Shown: one piece after another, positions 55,742-64,000 of the stretch
Layout of the letters: the number at the start of each line of letters is the position of its first letter
Numbering within the stretch: position 1 is the first letter of the stretch
Source of the DNA: Azolla caroliniana
Lineage: Eukaryota; Plantae; Polypodiophyta
NCBI GenBank assembly: GCA_043228905.1
Contig: JBHGNT010000014.1
Span: forward strand, 9,486,001 to 9,550,000
Length of the DNA: 64,000 nucleotides
Direction of reading: 5' to 3'
Program-made: the position numbers and the translations under genes
Notes under the pieces: model-generated
What the model was told of the DNA's origin: nothing
Database searches by the model: none
What the model saw: the letters and a program-made list of their open reading frames with translations, nothing else

Positions 55742-58700
55742 TGTTGAGAATCAAGCTCAACTTGGTCTAGTGTGTGAACTCACCTTTAGAGTGAATAGAC
55801 ACTCCAACGGTCAAGAGTCACCATTAAGTCACCTCTTTGTATTCTAGCATTTAATATGAGTCATAGAATCATATTCTATGACACATAATTTATGAGCTTT
55901 CACATTCCCCATGCTCCATGAGCCTTGTAGTTAATGAAGAGAGAGGGTGACTATATAAAGCACCCTCCTCCCACCTTGTACTGTGTTGTGTCTTTTTCCT
56001 TTGTTAATATACTTAACCTTGCGTATACTCTGTGTGTGTCTCTCTCTCTCACACACACACACACACATACGCACATAACGCACATCTATTCTACTACATA
56101 AGAATCATACCCGATTCTTTACATGGTATCAGAGCGATTTGGTAGCTCGATCTAGCCCATTCGCCTCATCGTGATTGTGTGTTGTGCTCCACGCCGACGA
56201 CCAAGAACCGGCTCATCGCAATCGTAGCTTCGCTAAATAGCTCGCATTCGAAGAGAGAAGAAGAAGAAGAAGAATCGGCATAATGAATACTCAAATGGGG
56301 AGTGCTCTCCCTACCGAGAAGTTGTGGATGGTCGAGAGGCCGATTCGGCCAAGGACAAGGCGGACGAGGTTCGACCTACGATAACAACTCCCAATTTCGG
56401 CCGCAAAATGGAAGCCAATGAGGAATCTTCGCAAGAAGGGGGAGCTTTCACTCCGGCCCGAGCCATCAAAACGCAACCGAATGTGGATATTGCGGAAAGC
56501 TCGGCCACCACAAAGAAGAGTGCCGAAAGAAGATCCGTGAATCGGCTTCCACAAGCCGACAACTCACGAATTACATACACAACTCCGACTATGAAGAGTA
56601 TAGCGGAATGTACGGGCACAACTCCGACTACGAAGATCGTGGTGGAATGTATGCACGCAACGCCGACCGTGGCGGAATGTTCATGATGAAACATAGAGCA
56701 AACTCTATGTCGGTCTCTACCTCAACTAGTGCCCTCAATCTGGAGGATGTATGGTTTGTTAAATCCGGAGCCTCAAACCATATGACATCCCATAAAGAAT
56801 GGTTTCTCGAACTTCGAGAGCCGGAGCGACCCGGTTATGTCGAAACCGGAGATGACACTACGCACCCAATTTAGCACATCGGCAATGTTCCGTTTGGCGA
56901 AAGAGGTAAGCAAACATACATTAAAAATGTCTTGCATGTTCCCACCATCACGAAGAATTTGGTCTCTGTCGGCCAAATGGTTGAGCAAGGGATGCAAGTA
57001 CAGATCGACCAAGAAGGGTGCTTCATCGAAAAGGAAGGCCAAATCATCGCACGCGGAAGAAGAGAGGGCCGGATGTTCATTCTCGATTCACACGAGATGA
57101 AATCCGCCATGTTCGCGAAAAGCACAAAAGACGACTTTGACATAGAGTTATGGCATAAGAGAATCGGTCACATCAATCTCAACAAACTCAAAGCAATGAA
57201 ATCGAAAGGAGTCGTCATCGGACTCCCGACATTCAAAGAGAAGGAGATTGAAGGTGTATGCGAAGCGTGCCAATTCAGCAAGCAACACTGACACCCATTC
57301 CCGAAAGAGCGGAACATGACCAAAGGTCTACTCGACTAGTTCATTCCGACATATGGGGACCGGCGTAGACGGCTACATTCGGCGGATGCCGATATTACGT
57401 GCTCTTCATTGATGACTTTTCTAGGCACACTTGGATCTATCCGATGCGGCAAAAGAGCGAAGTGTTTGGACACTTCCAAAAATTCAAGAATGAAGTCGAG
57501 AAAGCCACGGGCCGACATGTACGATGTCTCCGATCGGAAAGGAGTACTTCTCAGACGATTTCACGACGTATCTCCGAAAGGAAGGAATTCGGCGAGAATT
57601 CACTTGCCGACACACTCCGCAACAAAACGGGGTAGCCGAGCGCAAAAATCGGCACATCCTCGAAGTAGCGCGGTTGGGCCGAAGATGCAAATACGGCCGT
57701 CTACGTAATGAACTGGTGCACAATATCCGGTGTGCACGAGGTCACTCCACACGAAAAATACATCGGAAAGAAGCCAGACTTATCGCACACCCAGATATTT
57801 GGCGCAATAGCGTATGTGCACATCCCCGACGAGAAGCGTCAAAAGCTTGACCCGAAGTCGGAAAAATGTATCGTCGTAGGATACTCATTGGAGCAAAAGG
57901 GGTACAAGTGCTACAACCCCTCAACTCGAAAATCTCGAGTAAGTCAAGACATCGTTTTCGATGAGTCCGCATCCTAGTATGCACCAGAGACAACCTCGAC
58001 TCCAACTCCGCTCGACCCGGAATTCGCCGAACAAGAAATAGAGGATGAAGATCACCTTACGCGCATATTCGAAGAAAGTCCGATCACGATCTGATTGAGC
58101 GGACCACAAGAGCCTTTGAGCGATCAAAGCACATCATGGCCTAGCCCGAAGATGGACAAAGGCAAGGTGAAAATGTCGGAATACGAAGACGATCGCTTCA
58201 ACGATGATGAGTCGACTCACTCACTCGACAGTGAGTTCGGCGGTTTCGAGGTACCAATCAGAGCTAAGAAAGCCTTCATCTTTGCAACTGAAAAACTCCG
58301 CCGATCCACCCGTGAAAAGAACCCTGATTCGCCTACAACGATTATATGGCGTACCATTACGCCTTTATGATGAAGGTAGCGACAGTACGGGAGCCGGAAA
58401 CCTTTTCGGAAGCCATGAAGGACCCGCGATGGATCGAAGCAATGAACGAGGAGATGCAGGCACTACGGAAGAACGAGACGTGGGATCTCATTCCCACCTC
58501 ACCACACAAAAAGGCGATCGGATGCAGATGGATTTACAAAGTGAAGTACAACGCCGATGGCTCCGTCAACCGCTACAAAGCGCGACTCGTAGCGAAAGGC
58601 TACGCTCAAACGCACGGAGTTGACTACGAGGAGACCTTTGCCCCAGTGGCAAAGATGACAATGGTGCAGACTGCAATTGCGCTTGCCGCGGCGAAAGGGT

Positions 58701-59336
58701 GGCACCTCCATCAAATGGACATCAAGAGTGCCTTTCTACAAGGCCAATTAGAAGAGGAGGTGTACATGATACAACCACCCGGCTTCAACTCGAGCACCCA
58801 TCCGAAAGCTGTATGCCGACTGAAGACGCCACTCTACGGCCTCAAGCAAGCACCGCGTGCTTGGCATTCGAAGATAACGCAATATCTTCATCAAATCGGC
58901 TTCCGTATGTCAAAATCGGACAACTCCCTCTACATATGAAGCGATTCCACAAGTCCGATTGTCATCATCTTATATGTGGATGACCTAGTCATTGGAGGTG
59001 AGCATCTCAATGAAATCAATAAGGTCAAATCAAGAGTCACCATTAAGTCACCTCTTTGTATTCTAGCATTTAGTATGAGTCATAAAATCATATTCTATGA
59101 CACATAACTTATGAGCTTTCACATTCCCCGTGCTCCATGAGCCTTGTAGTTAATGAAGAGAGAGGGTGACTATATAAAGCACCCTCCTCCCACCTTGTAT
59201 TGTGTTGTGTCTTTCTCTGTTGTTAATATACTTAACCTTGAGTATACTTTGTGTGTGTATGTCTCTCTCTCACACACACATACGCACATAACACACATCT
59301 ATTCCGCTACACAAGAATCATACTCGCTTCTTTACA
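55742..59336 (+). mobile_element. Element G: internally deleted Copia nested in the LTR of H
   Basis: 5' LTR 55742-56123, PBS TGGTATCAGAGC 56124-56135, 3' LTR remnant 59030-59336, TSD TGTAT/TGTAC; knuckle CGYCGKLGHHKEEC, PR SGASNHM, IN, partial RT; capsid core, RT end, RNase H and PPT missing. Confidence 0.88.
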
Positions 59337-59443
59337 TGTACGTTAACACGTTAATGTGCACGTGTGATATGTGTTTAGGTGTTCATTACACAAGATATAA
59401 AAATAAGCCTAGGGCCTAGTGGCATACAATGATGTACAAGTAA

Positions 59444-59497
59444 GGTTTTGAACCTTACTCCTCGAGGATAAGAGACAATTGACATACCATTAGGCTA
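59444..59497 (-). promoter_or_regulatory. tRNA-like A-box/B-box module in LTR of H
   Basis: Minus strand TAGCCTAATGG...AGTAAGG-TTCAAAA-CCTTACT (7-bp T-arm-like stem), box starts 43 nt apart. Confidence 0.7.
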
Positions 59498-59928
59498 GGT
59501 TGTTTTCTTTAAAGTCTATTTCTTCATTGTACTTTTCACATGTAACAGCTCGTACATGAGAGCTTGAATGAGAGACATGGTCATCATGCATCACATGTGA
59601 TGCATGAGCTCCAAATGACAATCATGCATTTCATGCATTGTATACATGTCTTACACCCTCCATGCATCATATGCATGGGGGCATCTATATAAGAAGGAAA
59701 GGAAGGGAAAGGAAATCAAGTAATGTACAGTTTCTCGCTTGCGCTAGTCCTTCCGGTCTAGAACACCGACGGTTCCGTTTCATTGTCATGAATGATCCTT
59801 TCGATCCTCCATTACCACTTGCGGATAGAGGCCGGTGCTTGTCTGTGCACGTGTAACACACACATCTCGGCGTTTGGCACATGCGTCACGTGCTTCATGA
59901 CATCTTTGTGGTGCGGTAAATATTTTCT

Positions 59929-59931
<3 letters not shown>

Positions 59932-59977
<46 letters not shown>
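59932..59977 (+). repeat. (TC)n microsatellite in LTR of H
   Basis: About 23 perfect TC units. Confidence 0.95.
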
Positions 59978-59980
<3 letters not shown>

Positions 59981-60142
59981 CAACCCACACAAGCATCTTC
60001 GACAACAAGAACGACCCAATTGTAAAACTAAACGATGTTCAATTCCTTACAAGCACAAGTCACCCAATTCATCCTCCTTGGTCAAAGACCCCGGTGGTCC
60101 AGTTCGACCAACCCGCAGGCACTGATTTCTGCGACATAGATT

Positions 60143-60160
60143 TGGTGAAACCGACATGAA
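60143..60160 (+). promoter_or_regulatory. Primer binding site, tRNA-Trp-like (element H)
   Basis: TGGTGAAACCGACATGAA, 16/18 to recalled tRNA-Trp complement. Confidence 0.7.
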
Positions 60161-62608
60161 GAACGGCAAGGGAGGATGGCCGGAACTTCGAGTGCTAGAG
60201 ACTCTAATGATAATCTGGCACAAGCAATGATGAGGATGATGGACCAAATGCTTCAGGAGAGAGACAACGTCACAGGCCTTGATGTTGCCATTGATAGGAT
60301 CGTGGATACCAACGGATGCTTTGACGGTAGAGATGTGAAACCTACAAAATAGAAATGCGGAAAAAGGGTATTCCTACGGCAAGACAAGTGACAAGCTTCT
60401 CAAGGATTGTAACTTCAAGTCTTTACTCCCGGGTCCTAGAGCTACAAGAGACCAATCCTAAATGGTTAGCTTTCGAACGAAGTTTACTTGAAGAATATGG
60501 GTTTGGTGACTCATCTCGAATGACAAATAAAGATTTAAGGGACTGGGTGGAGTCTTCTAACAAAGAGTTGAGTGCGAGGGCGAAGGTCCACGAATTCGAG
60601 CAAAGATTTGATCATTTGCCTGCACTTGACAAAACGATTCTCGATTCCAACAAGGTGCTCTTATTTATCAAATCAGTAGATGAGAAAGATCGAAGAGATC
60701 TTGGACGACTACTAGAAAATGATGAAGGCCTCATTTCTGATTGGGCAGCAGTGAAGAGAGCATGTGGACATTTTGATAAGCATCGACAATGGGACAATGA
60801 GACAAGATCGAGTGTTGCAACTTAGATTGGCCGACAAGCTTATAACGCAAGACAAGAACCACAAGCCCAAAGATCGAGGGATGCTGAAGTGGCTCAGCCC
60901 ACAGACGAAGCCACAATGGATGAACTTATAGACATGCTTCGAGAGATAAGAATTTCTCAAATTAGAAAGTAAGAAACAGAAACTTTTCCAGGTCATCACC
61001 TGGACGTTCCCCGCAGGTGTATTTGGTGTGACTCTTTGGAACACCAGCGGAGAGATTTCTCAAAATTCCAAAATGCCCTCCGACGAGATATCATTTATCT
61101 CTCCAATAATCCGATTCACTCCTCAGTGACGTAACGTCCTCTCAACACCAACTTCGGCCGAGGAGGTATGAAGAAGTTCATGGAGGAAATGGAAGAAAAC
61201 AAAGTGAATAGTGTTTACTATTCCTCATCTGCCGAAATTCGAGCTGGACACGAGATGAGAGCCCAAGAGTCTGAAGCAGGAGAATTTTGGCCGATCATAT
61301 TGAATCAAGTCGGAAAAGGGAAGCTCTACATGAACAAGGCACTCAAGGCTGAACAAAGAGTCCAAGCAATGACGAGATGGGAGGACCCTGTGGAGGAGAA
61401 GTCTAGCTTCATCGAGGCTATGTGTCAAAACTACGACGTCCTAGTTGAAGAGAAACGGAAAAGACCAGATGACCAATCAGGCTCTTCAAAGAAACATGAA
61501 ACAAGAGAAGCTATTCGAAGAAGGGAGGAATCATCACCGCCTCAAACGATAACCAAAAGAGGAAAGGAAAGAATCGGACCAGCGTTCAAACTACGCTCGG
61601 AGATAGAGCAATCCATCGACCTTAAGCGTGTGATGGAAGAAAGAATCCTGGATAGCCAAATCAAGTTCACAGTACGGGATGTCTTAGGAATTGCAGAGAA
61701 AGAATTTCATGATGTTATCATTGACTTAATAAAGAGGAAGAGATTGACGACAAGTGAAGAAGGAACCAAACTGGCAAATTTCTCGACGAGTGCTATCACA
61801 ACGCAAGGTTTCGAAATTGAACAAGAATTTGCCGATAGCCATTTTGCAAGGCCAAATTGGGCTAGGGCCACTACCGAGACACCAGTGCAGATGGGAGACT
61901 TGAAAGATTCGGTGGTGGCGCTCACTGATCATGGCTCGGAGATCAACCTCATGTCTCTTGACTTCTATCAAAAGGGACGTTGGCCCATTAATACTAGGCA
62001 TGGGTGGAAGATTCGAGCGACAACCAGGGCGACTGAAGAGCTTCATGGGGCCTACCCTAACATTAAGGTAACTATTGGCGACCTTGAGCATGATCAACAC
62101 TTTTTTGTGCAGGAATCGGCCTCACATGCTATCATCCTTGGCGAGCCTTACATTACAGTATCTCGGATGGAAACAAAGGTACTTGATAATGGTTCGGCAT
62201 ATGCACAGATACGAAGTCAAGATGGGACAAGCTCGGTTCAATTCCTCACCACAAGACCAAACCATGAAAGAAATAGGTATAGTTTAGGGAAAGAATCTAG
62301 GGAGGATTTTTAATTCGGGCTATTAGGGAGAGGGACAACAATAGTCCAGGACATCTAACTATGTCCCCAAATCAGTGTAATAAAAGTTGTCACCCCATTA
62401 ATGAAAATGAAGTCTTGTTTTCTAAAAATGGGATGTGTAAATTTAGCAACATTAATGGAGGAGATATTAAAATAGAAATCCTAGAGGAACAACTTAGAGA
62501 AATCAGGATTATGAGCGAGGAAGCGGCAATAAACAGAACGGGTACATGGAGATAATAGCATTGGATGATACTCTTGGGGAAATGGAGAAAGTCATCGAAT
62601 CGAAACTA

Positions 62609-64000
62609 TGTCATGATATGGCAAGACTCGAACCCATGACCTTATGCTACATGGGTCGAGCTCTTACCATTAGACTATGAATTGTAATACGTAGGATATT
62701 ATTTTCATTTATGCTTTATCATAGAAAATTGATGTATATTCCAGATCTCTCTGGAACATTCTAGAAGCTTCAGGATTATTCCTGAGAACACTATAAAAGA
62801 GGGCACTAGGCATTATGTTGAACCAAATTGGTTCAACGCCAGTCTTAAGCCTTTTAGCCATTTTGTACTTATCCTTCACATAATATATTGGTTGTCATCA
62901 TCATCTCTCTCTCTCTCTCTCTCATCCTCGTTATCTCTCCTTTCTCTTCTCTCTTTCTCTCTCTCTCTCGGGAGTCTTACGCAGTCCCGTCCTCTTAGTA
63001 CTAATAGTACTACTCCTCTTTAGTACTAATTCCATCTCTGCTTAGTACTATTCCTGACAATTTGAACCAATTTTTTTCTCCAACCTACTTGTCGTTCTCC
63101 CTCATCCTCCTACCCTTTTCCCTATACTATGGCTACTGTTAGTGCCCAAGAATATCAATCCGTTTTCTCTGAGCTACAAGGCTTAAAAGAAAAATTCGTT
63201 GCCTTGGAACAAGAAAACCAACGGTTGATAGGGGATCTGCAACAAATCGCTCTAGAAAAACAACAAACGCAACAACAACATGGGGAGTTAGCGTTACGGA
63301 TGCAACAACTCGAAGCGGCATTGCAACAACAAGGATCAAGTCCCCAAGGATTTCATAAAGAGCCGAAGATTGGACTTCCTATGAAATTTGATGGAACGCG
63401 ATCGCAATTCAGGGGATTCCTTAATCAGGTACGATTAGTCCTCCAAATGCATGCTTCCCGTTATCCCAATGATGCATCTCGAGTCGGCTTAATAGGCACA
63501 TTGCTTAGCGGCTCAGCCTTAGCATGGTTCGCTCCGCTTCTAGAAAAACAATCGCCCTTGCTTAATAACTTTGAAGATTTTATTAGTGAGTTTGAAGCCT
63601 GCTTTGGAGACACCGACAGCATAAGGACGGCGATCAACAAGATCCGGCGATTGCGTCAAGGCGATCGTCCAGCCTCTGCCTACGCGGCGGATTTCCGCCT
63701 ACTTGCTTCAGATATACCCTGGGATGATCAAGCACTAATGGAGCAGTTTCGCTATGGCTTGGGAAACGATGTCAAAGATCTACTTCTAACTTTCCCCGAA
63801 GAACCAAAGTCTCTTACGGAGGCAATCAGTCGAGCGGTCCGATGTGACAACCGCCTTTTCGAACGGTGTTCAGAACGTCAATTACAGATACCACGCTCTA
63901 GGCCGGAGCCCACTTACGCCGCAGTCGCGGCTAAACTGTTTGCACGAGACATACCTCAAGCAAATACTTCGACACCGATGGAGATCGATACCATGCGTCG
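62609..64000 (+). mobile_element. Element I: Tcn1-like chromovirus 5' LTR (62609-63059), self-priming PBS and frameshifted gag (from 63129); runs off window
   Basis: TGTCA...TGACA termini; TATA at 62792; PBS TTGAACCAATTT 63062-63073 complementary to 62825-62836; gag homologous to F (PxKFDGTRS, LAWFAPLLEK). Confidence 0.88.
62624..62677 (-). promoter_or_regulatory. tRNA-like A-box/B-box module in LTR of I
   Basis: Minus strand TAGTCTAATGGTAAG...AAGGTCATGGGTTCGAGTCT, box starts 43 nt apart. Confidence 0.75.

Larger units (their letters stand above)
55638..62608 (+). mobile_element. Element H: degenerate Gypsy related to D (5' LTR 55638-60136 split by G; gag-PR); interrupted by I
   Basis: TGTCG...CGACA LTR termini; PBS TGGTGAAACCGACATGAA; gag 60355-60825 and gag-PR 61168-62313 (LTDHGSEINLM) homologous to D2. 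Confidence 0.8.

Overview
Eukaryotic, almost certainly non-seed-plant (moss-like) heterochromatic DNA. It consists of nested transposable elements, with no clear host gene. An old plus-strand Gypsy tandem (D: internal-LTR-internal, tRNA-Trp PBS) is split by two young minus-strand non-chromovirus Gypsy copies: A (1756-11042, TSD GCGGG) and B (15793-32506, TSD CCATC). Each carries a ~890-aa extra 3' ORF. B is in turn split by an intact chromovirus, C (21452-28501, TSD GCTGC). Downstream lie degenerate Copia pieces, self-priming Tcn1/Tf1-type chromoviruses (F 40282-45970; I from 62609), a two-gene Sola2-like DNA transposon whose introns are filled with one palindromic 52-bp satellite, and further Copia (G) and Gypsy (H) elements. 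Most unusual signals: (1) tRNA-like Pol III A-box/B-box modules with 43-44 nt spacing, all antisense and pointing outward, in the U3 of six LTR copies from five elements of two Gypsy groups; (2) elements A/B have a tRNA-Arg-complementary site at BOTH LTR boundaries, with no adjacent polypurine tract; (3) a hairpin-repeat array inside a putative 5'-UTR intron of C; (4) a conserved GGATTTT -1 frameshift site after protease in D and H. tRNA and family assignments come from recalled consensus sequences, not from database searches.
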